Part shown: one piece after another, positions 14,289-27,590 of the stretch
Layout of the letters: each line of letters begins with the position of its first letter
Numbering within the stretch: position 1 is the stretch's first letter
From: Botryllus schlosseri
Taxonomy: Eukaryota
Direction: 5' to 3'
Assembly (NCBI GenBank): GCA_051294905.1
Contig: CM119371.1
Coordinates: 32,800,001-32,864,000 of the forward strand
Length of the DNA stretch: 64,000 nucleotides
Notes under the pieces: generated by a model
Database searches by the model: none
What the model saw: only the letters and a program-made list of their open reading frames with translations
What the model was told of the DNA's origin: nothing
Translations under genes and position numbers: made by a program

Positions 14289-16556
14289 TTCTTTAATACG
14301 AAAAAGTGGAACTATATTGAGATTGTATAGTAGCCATGCCTATTAGGTTTTTACAGCTCCTGCTGACAACCCTGTAAATCAAATCAGAGAGCTATTTACT
14401 GGGATCTATGTGATTCTTGGCTCCATTTAAAGGGTAGTAATTTGACTATTCTTCAATTTAATTATCTTGGATCATCCGAAGACAACTACTATTGTTTTCA
14501 ATGCGTTAACTCCATATTACCTTTTTCTTTGCTTGACAATGTTCAACTTTCACAAGAATACCTTTGGTCACCGAAGAAAGAGCCTACCTACTAGTACTAG
14601 TTATCATGACATTGAACACCTCAAATGCTTGTTTGATTAAAGTCCTTCTATGTTGTTATTACATGCAACTGTGAGATCTCTACCTAAGAATATAACGATT
14701 CTTTCCTCAATAATTTCAGATTATAGTCAAAGCCTGACATAATTACAATCAGTGAAATTCGACTACCTTCTGTCCTACCGTATGAAATTGGCTTAGAAGA
14801 TTAGGCTACTCATTCATAAATGCGAAATCGCCAAACATAGTTGGAGGAGTGGGGTTCTACATTAGTAGTGGTATCCAACTTCCAACTACCACTGAATTTG
14901 ATCTAAAACTAAAAAGTTGCGAATAACTCTTGATAGAGACCCCCCTGATCTGCAATAAAATGATCTGATATTATCATAAAAGCTATCTACAGACACCCCC
15001 ACCAACCCCTGGTTTAGTTTATTGAAGCTCTTCAGAATTGCCTAGGAAAGCTTACTGCAGAGCATAAGATTTTCTTTACCAACGATGGGATTTCAACATA
15101 GATCTTCTTAAGACATCACATAAATGCTGTAGGGAATCAGCCGATCTCATAGCAGTGATGAGCACCGGAGCGGAGTCGGAGTGGATTCGGAGCGGAGTTT
15201 TGCCAATTTTGTGATACCCGGAGTGGAGTCGGAGTTTACAACAGATCTTTTTCCGGAGTTTTACGGAGTATTGTGAGTTTTGCCCCCGATATCTTTCGAT
15301 AGCTTTGACCAGAAGACACTATTGATTACAAACCAAAACACAGACAGTTGACACCTTGTAAAGTTGTAATATGACCGGTAACATGCAAAAATGATTGACA
15401 AGTGCATAAAAATCAGCCATCTGCACTGCAATTGGGGACTGGAGAGTAACCTAGTGATCTAGCAAGGCATTTCCGCTGAGCAGTGTCTGTAGTTCACAAA
15501 CTTGAAGACACCCAATATCGTTCGCAGCGCATCATTTTCTCCCTGCAATGAGATGCAGTCTTTGAATCCACTGCTGAATGTCACCATATTATGAGATAAG
15601 ATCTCCAGAATCTTCCACGTTGCTGTCATTGCAGTCTTCTATAGTCACATCATATTCCTCCTTGCGTATTTGTTTCGTGACTAATTTTCATGCTACCCCA
15701 GTAATTGTGCGAAACATTTACAATCAGCAACATACAGCGGGGCTTCCCTTTGGTACAGCCTTTGGCTACCCTGATTCTTCCAGCAAGTTGATGATCATAA
15801 CGGAATATATCCCATTATCCTGATGACATTCAATATAGTAATAGGTCCATTTTGTGAAAATGTATTCCCAACGTTGGTATCAGTTGAAACAAGATAATAT
15901 CCGATACCACTTTTGTGATAACTTTTCGCAACTTTCATCGTACTTGCAATTTGCAGTGAGAGATATCGATAATAAGTGTTACATCAATATTACCTTTATA
16001 TCTGTGAGAAATATACATACAACATGCAAGTATCTGAATGGAAACAATAATAACTTATGCAATGTGTTACATGATTTAATGACATTGCGATGAATTTTCG
16101 CTAGTAAGATCCGCTCACAGAGGCATACCAGCATCTAAGCCCGCTTTAAAGATTTCAACAATACATAAATCACTAAGGTAAGCTGATCTTACCCTGTAAA
16201 AACAGAATATTCCGAATTTCTGAACAGCCACACTAAATAACTACAACCGTCTGCTTTGCTCTGCTCGCATCAACTCAACTACGCTTCCTTCAATATTGAT
16301 TGACGTAGTCAGTCATCCAGAACTCTTCTGAATTTTCGTCATGTAATGTTTGGTTTGATTGAGAAATGACTTTGATGTGATATGAAAAATCAGCACCGCA
16401 ATCAAGTTTCTGCTGCTGGTCTGTCTCAGACTCCAAATTCCAGATATCATGTATCAGCTTAAAAATTGGAAGTCACTAGTCATTTAGTCAACTTCAAGGA
16501 GCGTCGATCAGTGCGTCAGTGATGCATCATGTATGTTTAGTGCAGTGCAGTTCCAT

Positions 16557-19173
16557 CATAGTGTCCTATATGGTGTCGACACAAGCAAATCTCACGGTTC
16601 AATGAAATTGTATCACGTCACAATTTCCATTTGGCTACAGGCAATTTGACGGTTATTTTTGACCGGCTTGCCGAGCAATAAATTTGATGAATCGGGTATC
16701 AATCGAAAGCTAACTCTGCACTGATTACGAAAATATAAATTTTATTCCACTCATGGCCCTGGAACCCCCACAATCAGCCCCAAATTATTCATTGTTGAGT
16801 AGATTGGCAGTGTGACGCAACAATGCTGTCTGGCGAAACGAGAGAGAAACTCAAGAGCAAGGATGCGGCCGAGCGGCGAGAGTGGGATCAGCTGACGTCG
16901 CGGCAATAGCTATGTGCAATTATGGATAACTAACCTAGCTATACTTAGACGGAAGGATCTCTATAAGTTGAAGGATATTGCAGGAAAATTCGTAGGTCCC
17001 AAATACATTCTGTGGACCCAGTTCTACCTTTACAAATCAAGGAAAGGCTGGTAATGTGTGCTCGCTTTTAGCGAAGCGCCTATAGAAAGTATCAACAGCG
17101 CCACGCATCTCTGGAGCCCTGCGCAACAAGCGGGCTGAGGTAATCGATATCATAATAATCTGACATATCCAATGTAGACTACTTGGACGTAGCCTACATA
17201 TCTCTATCAGCTGAAGGATATTGCGCGAAAATTGGTAGGGACCAAATGCATTCTGTGGACCCAGTTCTACCTTTACGAATCAAGGAAAGGCTGGTAATGT
17301 GTGCTCGCTTTTAGCGAAGCGCCTATAGAAAGTATCAACAGCGCCACACATCTCTGGAGCCCTACGCAACAAGCGGGCTGAGGTAATCTATATCATAATA
17401 ATCTGACATATCCAATGTAGACTACTTGGACGTAGCCTAAATATCTCTATCAGTTCAAGGATAATGCGCGAAAATTGGTAGGGCCCTAATACATTCTGTG
17501 GACCCAGTTCTGCCCTTCAAAGTCAAGGAAAGGCTGATAAGGCGTGCTCGCTTGTACCGAAGCAAATAGAAAAAGTATCAACAGCGCAGCGTTTCTCTGC
17601 GACGCGATTGCACATAGCTATTGCCGCGACGTCAGCTGATCCCACTCTCGCCGCTCGGCCGCATCCTTGCTCTTGGAGCAAACCCGTTTTACACTCTGCT
17701 GAATATCCATGTAGCAATACTCAGACGCCGGAAACATTATCCGGTATGGCCTGGACCGTTGAGGAGTAAGCTTATATTCCCTGTCAAGTCCTCGTCGAAA
17801 TTACTGGTAAAGCGACGGAAGATAATGATTTTATGGGATTATTATATCATTTGATTGCCTCAGTTGATACATTTGGCTACGTTTAAAACGTCAATATGTA
17901 CTTCAGCATTGTGGCATTGCTGGGCATCGTGCACAGTACATTAATATAGGCTATCACTTCATTGAAAGATAGGGTTGGAATTAGCAATATGACGTCACGT
18001 GACGTCACGAGGTTCACGTTCGTGTTCACACAGAACCTTTCAAAAAGGTTCGCGTTCACACGAACCTGAACCTTTCAGAGGTTCACACCATCCCTAGTGG
18101 TTTCCATCTGATATCAATATACGTTGCATTAATTCGCGCGCGGCACGAAGAAAGAATTTTGAATAGCATAAATCTTCTTAAAAATAATATTGTTCATGCT
18201 GCTTTACGAAAAATTTTTAAGCCTACTGCCAGCCTTCAAAATTCCGGACATTTAGGCATATTTTAGAAATTCCTCCCGGACGCCGATTTTTCAGTGAAAT
18301 TCCGGACATGTCCGGGAAATTCCGGACGTATGGCAACCCTAGGCTAAGGCAATCGATATCATAATAATCTGACATATCCAATGTAGACTACTTAGACGTA
18401 GCCTACATATCTCTATCAGCTGAAGGATATTGCGCAAAAATTGGTAGGGCCCTGATACATTCTGTGGACCCAGTTCTACCCTTACAAGTCAAGGAAAGGC
18501 TGGTGTGTGCTCGCTTTTAGCGAAGCGCATAGAAAAAGTATCAACAGCGCCACGCATCTCTGGAGCCCTACGCGACAAGCGGGCTAAGGCAATCGATATC
18601 ATAATAATCTGACATATCCAATGTAGACTACTTAGACGAAGCCTACATATCTCTATCAGCTGAAGGATATTGCGCGAAAATTGGTAGGGCCCTAATACAT
18701 TCTGTGGACCCAGTTCCACCCTTACAAGTCAAGGAAAGACTGGTGTGTGCTCGCTTGTACCGAAACGCATAGAAAAAGTATCAACAGCGCAGCGTTTCTC
18801 TGTGGCGCGGTTGCACATTGCTCTTGCCGCGACGTCAGCTGATCCCACTCTCGCCGCTCGGCCGCATCCTTGCTCTTGAGCTAGTCTCTCGTTTCGCCAG
18901 ACAGCATTGTTGCGTCACACTGCCAATCTACTCGACAATGAATAATTTGGGGCTGATTGTGGGGGTTCCAGGGCCGCGAGCGGAATAAAATTTATATTTT
19001 CGTAATCAGTGCAGAGTCAGCTTTCGATTGATACCCGATTCATCAAATTTAATGCTCGGCAAGCCGGTCAAAAATCACCGTCAAATTGCCTGTAGCCAAA
19101 TGGAAACTGTGACGTGATACAATTTCATTGAACCGTGCGATTTGCTTGTGTCGACACCATATAGGACACTATG
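16557..19173. mobile_element. Foldback-type non-autonomous element with ~364-bp TIRs, P-superfamily/Galileo-like
   Basis: Termini CATAGTGTCCTATATGGTGTCGAC/GTCGACACCATATAGGACACTATG. TIRs 16557-16920 and 18810-19173. 7-bp TSD GTTCCAT (16550-16556, 19174-19180). CATAG ends with a 7-bp TSD fit the P superfamily. Confidence 0.8.
16935..18810 (+). repeat. 240-243-bp tandem repeat in two blocks (about 16935-17590 and 18342-18790)
   Basis: TCAAGGAAAG recurs at 17037, 17280, 17523 (period 243) and at 18489, 18729 (period 240). Confidence 0.92.
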
Positions 19174-19300
19174 GTTCCATCAACTGTTTCATGGCGATGC
19201 GGAACTTAATTTACTGAAACCTGTGATGTGATCGTCAATTTCAGTGGTGTTAGTGGTAGTTAGTTCGAACTGACTGGTCTTCCTTCGTCGTTTTAATATA

Positions 19301-19937
19301 ATGGCTGAAGCACCGTCGACGTCAAGTGGGTTACTCACTAAGATACAGAAAAAGAGTGACGTGTGGAAGGATTTCACTCTGATGTTGCATGATAATAACG
19401 GCCAGTATACTGGGTTTGCGAGATGTCAAAATTTCAATGTTCAGCTAAAGCATCACAAGTTGACAAGTGGTACGTCGCATCTTCGAAGACATATCGAAGC
19501 TTGTAAGAAGAATTGATCGCAGTTGAAATGCAAGTAAGCGAGTAATCAAAGGAGAAGGTGATCATGGGGAACACTGATCGCCGGGTGGAGAATACCGAAG
19601 AAGTGCCGGTTTGCCGTGGTGTTGTGCAGAAGACGTTTTGCCATCCAGATTTACGGTGAAACGTAAGTTCGATGAGGAGGCTTCATTGAAGCAGAAGCTG
19701 TCAGAGGAACTAAGAGTTGCTATCAAGTGTTATGGGCTGGCTGGCATCACCACAGATATGTGGACCGATCTAAAGGGTCGCAGTTCTATTAGCTTGACTG
19801 TCCATTTTGTTGGAGAGAACTTGACTCTCAGAAGTAATGTTGCGACTGTTCGGCAATTCACGGATACTAAAAAAACTGGTATGAATATCAGACAGGCTAT
19901 CGAAAACATCGATTGGGATTCTTCGACAATGGTCTGA
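19301..19937 (+). pseudogene. hAT transposase fragment (BED finger plus start of the catalytic domain)
   Basis: KSDVWKDF...ARCQ...SGTSHLRRHIEAC (BED-like), then LPSRFTV...GITTDMWTD...SLTVHFV...TGMNI (first catalytic Asp region of Ac/Hermes-like transposases). Interrupted and truncated. Confidence 0.88.
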
Positions 19938-22101
19938 ATATATTTCGGGGACTGGACAAGATTCTCCGGGTTATCTCGGAGTCTGGGATTGGGATCCCCG
20001 GAGTCGCAGGGACTTTGCCTCAGAGACCAAAGTTGCCGGAGGGACTCGGAGTCTCGAAAAGCAGACTCCGCTCATCACTGTCTCATAGCTTACTATTCTT
20101 GTCAAACACTGATAAATGACCCTACCATAGTAACTCAAAAGTCTCAATCACTGATTGATCATATCATTACGAAAAACTACTCTCAGCACGACTCTGGTAT
20201 ATTGATCGGTGACATATCTGATCACCTGCCAATATTCTGTAAGATTGCTAATACCTATCAAGGAATTAACACAAAAATATCTTTTATTCGCGACTATAGA
20301 AGACTCTCAATTGATTTGTTTTCATCCGAACTTACTGAAGCATTAAATGACCTACAACGCGACTGCAGATCCGAACCCAGTGACATTACCTAATGCTTTA
20401 CCCCATTAATTAGCTGTATTAATTCACTGTTGGACAAATACGCAACTCTTCGCAAACTAACGCGCAAAGAACGCCGGTTCTCGACCAAGCCTTGGTTCAC
20501 TCATGCAATCCGTAAATCTGTAGCAACTCGACGCGTACTAAAACAAAGGGTCATTTTCCCAGCCCTACTCCCAAATGACACACTCGAACATATGCGTCAC
20601 AGTTTCCTTGTCGTTTTACAACTGTTTTATAGTTGTAGGCCTATCTGTCCATTAGCCATGCTTCCTAAGTTTAGGCGTCCTCGGAGGACATTGCAGATTT
20701 CCAGATAAAGGAGGACATTGGGTAATCCTATTAGATCGCTATCCGTAATTGATGTTCGTCGTGTTATAGAATGCCTACAAGGCATATGACGTAACTAAAA
20801 CTAGGGATGGCGCGAACGTTATGCTCATTTAGAGTGCGGTATGTGATGATAGATGATCATTACGATATTCGTATTTTGAAGATAATCTTGGTGATTTCAA
20901 TATCAGAAATATCAGGATATACATCAATCCAAACAATTTTTATCAAAATTGCTCTAGTGTCAGAATACTGCGGACCACTTGCAGCATCACGGTGGCACCG
21001 AGTAAGGGGATATTACAGGAAACCAAGATAAACTCCTTACATCGTCCAATATTGTACTGCTTCTCGATAATTGTACCGGAGATATCACGTGATTAAGTTG
21101 GAAGTAATAGATTGGCTCGTTTCTGTCACTTTATACGTGCCTGGCCCGAAAACGTGCGTCAGCTTGAGATAATGATCGTAGATCTATTCACGGTCGTATT
21201 AAAATTCACATTGTCCCACGAAAGCGTGAATATACTCAGATCCAATGATGCATTTTTCCAGTATCTTTTTTTAAAGATTATGGTAGGACATTTCGATCCA
21301 GCCACTCATACCAAACGCAGGCCTATACTTAAACTCCGCGGCCGGAAACCTATAGCTCTCGAGTCGCATTTTGCTCTTTTGATGGTAGCGTATCGCTACA
21401 TAGAAATGATTGTTTGCAATTATCAAGCAAGTCATTTGTCACGAGAAAAATCCGTTGTAATTTATTGCATGAGTTTTATCGAGAAATATGCATGTTTCAG
21501 TGGCACACAACGCAAATCACTGTGACGTGGTTCTAATCTAACGACCGGCACAACTTGGGAGCAGGCTAGTCGGGACACGCAAAGGTGGCTAGCCTTTGGT
21601 TACTGAACAATAGCTATTTGTTCAAACGTTTGAACCTCACGGCGCTAGTAAGGGCTGATCGGGAAGTGTGCACTACATTAAGAAAAGTGCGCCTATACGG
21701 AGTGACTGATATGTGTCTATAATTTGAGAAGTTTCCAAAGGATTTAATTATGAGGAGGAGTCATGAAATCGAAATGTAGCCTACGTAATATTTCATTAGA
21801 ACTGAATTATATTAACGAGGCACACTAATCGCCGGATAAAACTGACGGATATCGTAGTGATTTACATAACTCCGCTTAAATATCGGTGACAAAATTTGTC
21901 TGACTGAGCCAACAGTTCCTTCTCAGAGACGCGAAGTACGAATTTATTAGGGCGATTTTTTTGACACATAAAAAGAGTCGGGAAGATGTCAAAGTTGCAC
22001 GGTTAGGTCGAAAAAATTCAAAATGGTTTACAACGTCAAAATTTGGAAACCTGCATCTCGTTTGCATCGTATATGCGCTGTCGGTGAACTTATCAATTGA
22101 C

Positions 22102-23325
22102 CAGACTTATTGGACAACTAGACAATTCTAGTTGTCTAATTTCACTAAATTCGAACGAAATGTCTGTAATCTAATTTTATTGTAATTTGTGTAATGTTTC
22201 CATGGTCTAATTCTAATTCTAATCTGATTTGAGAAATGCTCATATGATCTAATTCTAATTCTAATCTACTTTGTGAAATGTTCCTATGATTTAATTTAAT
22301 TTTAATCTAATTTACTGTTGTCCTGAAAATGCCTCGTGCGAGACATTTTGCAGCGTGTTAACAAGAATATCCCTCTCACACAGGGAAATCCAATGCCATC
22401 GTCTTACATACACCGTATAGTCATACTAGTTATTGTGACGAATACTAGTCTGCTAGCATATTAGCTTGTAGTATGCGAACAACATTCTAGTTTTTAAAAC
22501 TTTGCGTTAGTACAACGCCGTGCTGACTAACATGGGCGATGCTAATTTAAGTAGTACAGAAACAAAAAAAATGATCATAAACGTCATTTTATTTTGAACT
22601 AATAGCTGCGCACGATTCCCGACAGCGCTTTCCAACGATTATTGAATCGATATTGGGGCTCAAGACATGTTACTGGCTGTAAGACTGTACGACTGAAAGA
22701 CTATCTCATCTTAAAGATTGATCCTGTGAGGAAGTCCTATGCCGTTGTCTAAGGGTCTCGGTCTTGTCCTTGTCTGGGCCATTGCACGCCTAGGCAATAT
22801 GTTTATTGATATCAGCTGACTCTCCATCAATGGAATGTTGTTCCCATCGCCAAAACTGTTTAGCATATTTTGAAACAACAGCAACATTTTAAAGCTGAAA
22901 TCAATTTTAGCATTTCAAAATGCTTAATTTCGCGTTCTTCCAATATCTCAAATCCGATTGCCGGCCACGATTGCGTTGACCCCTGGTATAGTACAAAATG
23001 AGCCAAGCTTGGTATACAGACGTTAACCATTCTCATGGTTATGGGAATGCACTGTGATTTGACATGTACTGGTTTTTACTGTATTTATTTCCCATTCACA
23101 ATTTCATTCAATGTCCAAGTTTCTGTGAATTCAGTATTTCTAATTCTAATCCAATTTGTAAAAAATCTGTGTAGCTCTAATTCTAATTTTTATCGAATTA
23201 GGAAAAACTTGTATAGCTCTAATTCTAATTCTAATTATAATTTAATTTGGAAAATGTTGTGCAGCTCTAATTCCAACACTAATCTAATTTGGAAAAGCTG
23301 AAAATTTTCTAGTTGTCCAAATCTG
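22102..23325. mobile_element. hAT-type non-autonomous element with TCTAAT subterminal repeats
   Basis: Ends CAGACTTATTGGACAACTAG/CTAGTTGTCCAAATCTG. TSD CAATTGAC/CGATTGAC. Confidence 0.8.
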
Positions 23326-23370
23326 CGATTGACAGTTTACATCTTGTAGCCTAATTTATAGGCCTACTGT

Positions 23371-23788
23371 TAGGGTTGCATTTAAAACAAAAATCAATTT
23401 AAAACAAACATGGTTAAAACAGGGATCTAATTTAATACGTATTTTCATTGTTAATCCTGTTTGTGTTTTTTTAAAGTTACTACGTCACGAATATTCAATT
23501 GTGATGTCCTAGTGGCTGGATTGACATTGACAATTGAAAATATAGGGTAAATATCGCTTCTTTGACGAAAGATCTGTACAATTATTGTTGAACCGACTAT
23601 TGTGAAGGTTCCAACCATCCCACATCGATAAACGTCGGCTATATCGGGTGGTAATTGTCCGTAGGCTCATACAACATGTAATTTGGAAAATATTTTCACA
23701 TTTATGGCATAATTTAACAACTTGAAAAAAACAAAAAGAATTTAAAAGGCCCTTATTTAAAACACCGTTTGTTTAAAATGCAACACTT
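23371..23788 (+). mobile_element. MITE family D, full copy
   Basis: TAGGGTTGCATTTAAAAC...GTTTAAAATGCAACACT termini. Interrupts a repeat that is continuous at about 41480-41515. Confidence 0.8.
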
Positions 23789-24049
23789 TCCCTATACCAT
23801 TGTAATAGCCCATTGCCTGCTTATTGTGAATCAGAAACGGTCAAATGAAACAAATAGCTTGACATGATGTTATGCTCAACGTACCGCAATATCCTAACTG
23901 GAGCAAGACTTCTGCGGCATTGGTTCTTATGCCAAGAACCGCATGATGAAAAATTGTGATGTAGACAACATTGTCTGAAAGAAGAAACATGGTGTGTCAC
24001 AAGCAATGTACGCACAACTTCAGTGTTGCTAGCGAACAACTGCTGCTGC

Positions 24050-25023
24050 CAGCGTTGGGATGACTCGAGTCATGACTTGACTCGAGTCAGACTCGAGACA
24101 ACCTTTTCGTATGACTTGACTCGAGTCACTTTGCAAAAATGACTTGACTTGACTTGAATCGGCGCTTCAGAAATGTCAATTGACTCGCGACACGGAGCAA
24201 AATGTACGAGTCAATTTCAAGTCATCAAGTAAACGGTGTCGATAGAATCACTATATCTTATGTATGTTCGGACGGCACTTGCGTACGAGTGCAACCAGCC
24301 ATTCACTGATTGTACGTTTCACTGATCCCACATTGTTACATCACAACTAAATTGACCGCAAACGAAACGATCACATCTTATGTTGTCGTAATAGTAGTAG
24401 ATTAATCTAATTAATCTAATAATCTCTGTTTCTTAGACGGCTCAGTGCTTACATTACGCAGTTCTCACCGTTCACCTTTACCAACCCTCTTGTATGATAA
24501 ATATCGAACGAACATAGATTGTGCGTTTACCTTCTCGCGGGTGTGTGGAGGGGTGTCGTATTACCATATCAATTTGTTTCGACTTCTCTAGGCTTCGTAT
24601 TCGACCCTCTATTAATAATAACAGACATGTAGCATGTACCTATACGCAGTTACTTACGTATTTTATTAACATTTCTACGTGTGCGTGAGCGATACAACAC
24701 CCTTTTTGTATGTATATTTAACTTTATATTCGTTATCTGATTAAAACTAAGTGGCCAATGAATACGTCTTCACCAAGGTAGCAAAATGTGATGGCTTTTG
24801 CATCTTCATATACTTCGAAAATTCAATTTGACTTGAATCGTGACTTGACTCGTGACTTGACTTGATTTGACACGACTTGACTCGAGTCACCTCCAAACAA
24901 CGATTGACTTGACTAGACTCGAGTCATTTTCGAAAATCGATTGACTTGACTTGACTCGAGTCAAAATGTGCAATGACTCGAGATGACTCGTGACTCGAAG
25001 GTAGTGACTTGATCCCAACACTG
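24050..25023 (+). mobile_element. hAT-type MITE family C, copy 2
   Basis: CAGCGTTGGGAT...ATCCCAACACTG. Perfect TSD GCTGCTGC (24042-24049, 25024-25031). Confidence 0.93.
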
Positions 25024-25689
25024 GCTGCTGCTACACGTTCTTTTTTACCATTTTTCACAAGCTAATACTTAGTAATGACAGACACTTTCTACACGACAAT
25101 GTAAGAAAGTATCTTTCGTTGTACTACAACAAATTTTAATTATTTCTACCATAATCGGTGATGTAACTACTGGAATTCTCCATATGTCAATATTTCGTTG
25201 AAATAATGTTTTTTTTTTAATGTTACAATTTGTCAGTTTCGAAGTCAAAAGGTTTTTTCAGGCCAAACCACTTCGTAATAACAGACGCAGTTCCAATGAG
25301 GAATGAAGATAAGTAGTACAACTCTAACATTACGTGCGAAAACACCTAAGTTACATTAATACCGGAAAAATCTTGTCAAAAGTAGGTTCTTTAGAGAGAG
25401 AGAGAGAGACCTAAATACATAAAAAAAAAAACAGACGACAAAAATGGCGGTACATGAAAATTGCATGAAAAGTATTCGATATCAGAGAGGAATGATCTAT
25501 ACAACTATGAAGGTCAACTAGTCTGATCACACCAACATCAAACAGGTACACTTGACTCTACACAATCAAGGTGTAAAAAATGATGGTTGATATGGAGAAT
25601 AAAGAGAAAAAGTAAACAATGGTAGCAAGAGATCAATGAAGCAATGTCTGGGCAAGGTAGGACAACAATGTTATAACGACGAGGGGTGA

Positions 25690-26135
25690 TTAGGTAGGTC
25701 TTTTTTGAATCTATTATAGTGCTATTCACGGGGAAATTGTGGTAATTCATTCCAGATGATAGGTGTTGAGCAATGTTTCCTCTAAGCTGCACACGTGCAC
25801 CAATGCGCAGTGCTGACAAGGTCTCTGCGCAGATAAAATCCAAGTTGCGCACAAAAAATCCAAAGCGATGACCTTTTTTTATTCGTTACGCACTGTTGTC
25901 CAAGGGTCTACGCAGTAAGTTGGGGAGTGTGTGCAGACTCTTCATAAATTGGAGGGAACATTGGTCTTGAGTAGTCGATAGATGTCTTAGTTAGGTTGCT
26001 ATTGTATGGGGACAAGTAGAGATTTCCCTTTGATGAGGATCTTGTGTAATGGAAGTGGAAATTTTTAGCAGGTATGAAAAAGTCATCAAACACATGAGGC
26101 AAACTATTTGAAAAATATTTAGGGCAAAAAATCTC
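25690..26135 (-). mobile_element. CR1/L2-type LINE ORF2 C-terminal fragment
   Basis: SLPHVFDDFF...HYTRSS...NLYL...TKTSIDYS, resuming after the MITE as IWNELP. This is a typical ORF2 tail. Confidence 0.65.
25771..25963. mobile_element. Small hAT-type MITE (193 bp) inserted in a LINE tail
   Basis: CAATGTTTCCTC...GAGGGAACATTG. TSD GTGTTGAG/GTCTTGAG. Confidence 0.8.
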
Positions 26136-26479
26136 CAAATTTTGTTATTTCAAGGCCAAAATCATCCGATTTTAGGTAAAAATTGCTAACCAATCCCCTT
26201 GGTCATAACGATTCTAACCGTGGAACATCGTTACAACTGTATTGAGCCTAGCGAATGGTTAGCAATGAACGATAAGCCGCATGCGACTCACTTGTCGATT
26301 TGCAGCATACATATATGGTCCATATAGTTGATATATGCAAAATAATGCAATATTTGTGAAATCAAGCGACTTGTTGTTGCAACAAGTGGTTGCAACAAGT
26401 GGTTTCCACATCGGAAACCAGTCACGTGTCTTATCAACATGGAAAGACTTAGAATGTCACCACCAAAAGTTGATCGGAA

Positions 26480-27590
26480 TATGAAAAATATTTACCACAA
26501 TATTCGTACGTTTAGTAGCGGCGTTCTTTGCCTGATTTTCGTTACGGTCCATACTTTGACGGAACATGTTGATATTATTACAGAACCAAAGATATTCTAT
26601 TTTGAGCGCTTTAAATGTCAATTGCACGGTCTTCTGCCGCTATTCAAAGTCCCTGTGCGTGCAATGCAGCTGACGAATTTAAATTGCAAAACGGGCGAGC
26701 CATCGCGTGCCTTCATAGAGCGACGACCACGAACGAGGTATTACTGTTGGGAAATTCGTTGCCGCAGTATACGGACCTAAAATGAGTATATAATTAAATG
26801 AGCCATTACTTGAATGATGAGCAATGACGAAGAAGTTGGGTAAGATCGTAATATTAGACCAAGCGCAGCGACATTGAGGCTTTGTGTACCAAGCGTGATA
26901 TAGTTGGGATCAAGAAAAAACAATGGTAAGCGTTTAAACCAGTAATTCGTAAAGTTTGCTTTCCCGCGATACACTTACCCTAATACGCAAGCCTTCGCAG
27001 AGCCCCAAATTTGCGATGACTCATGAAAAATATATTATAAAATAGAAATATCATACAATATTATTACTTTTCGTTACGGTCCGTACTCTGACGGAAAACG
27101 TTCGGTAATATTATTGCGGAACCAAGATAATATATATTTGGAGCACTTTAAATGTCGATTGCACGATGCTGCTGTTATTCCACATCTTTGTGCGTGCAAT
27201 CCAGCTGAAGAATTTAGAGGGCTAAACGCATGAGTGTTTTCATAAAGCGACGGCCACGGAAGAGTTTTTTTTATTGTATGTTTTATTCACAACATTGGCG
27301 CTTACCAACTTATTTGGTCATTTGCAACCGCACATTAATTTCATCAAATTCAGTGTCTTTCGAGGTCTTTTCGTCATATTACGGACAACTTCCATTCACA
27401 CGCTCTTCCACCATCGGCCTCTCTCGGTTTTCGTGCGTGCGTATCTTGTGCTTTTGCTGCCGATTTGTTGCCTGACTCACCTTCATTCGCGTACGCGGTG
27501 ATACTGTTAGCAATACCGTTGCGGCATTGGATAAACCAAAGATATGAGTACATAGTTGAATGGTCCAATAATTGAATTGTAATGAGCAAC
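26480..27590 (+). repeat. Diverged direct duplication, period about 530 bp
   Basis: TTTTCGTTACGGTCC.TACT.TGACGGAA at about 26537 and 27068, followed in both copies by CTTTAAATGTC.ATTGCACG and GTGCGTGCAAT.CAGCTGA. Confidence 0.75.

Larger units (their letters stand above)
15153..20080 (+). mobile_element. hAT transposon (defective), 4,928 bp including nested insertions
   Basis: Termini CAGTGATGAGC/GCTCATCACTG. Perfect 8-bp TSD TCTCATAG (15145-15152, 20081-20088). CGGAGT subterminal repeats. Transposase remnant inside. Confidence 0.92.
14600..20545 (+). mobile_element. CR1/L2-type LINE ORF2 endonuclease remnant split by the hAT insertion (about 14600-15152 and 20089-20545)
   Basis: Left part encodes KPDIITISE, GGVGFYI and DFNIDLLK. 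Right part continues PTIVTQKSQSLIDHII...ISDHLPIF...KPWFT. These APE-domain motifs are in the expected order across the TSD. Confidence 0.85.
23336..25286 (-). repeat. Interspersed repeat family E, interrupted by MITEs D and C
   Basis: Segments 23336-23370, 23795-24049 and 25032-25286 join to give the reverse complement of about 40985-41518. Confidence 0.78.

Noticed and set aside
24060..25010. GACTTGACTCGAGTC clusters as a regulatory array or CRISPR
   Set aside because: They are subterminal repeats of MITE family C, present in three full copies with TSDs.
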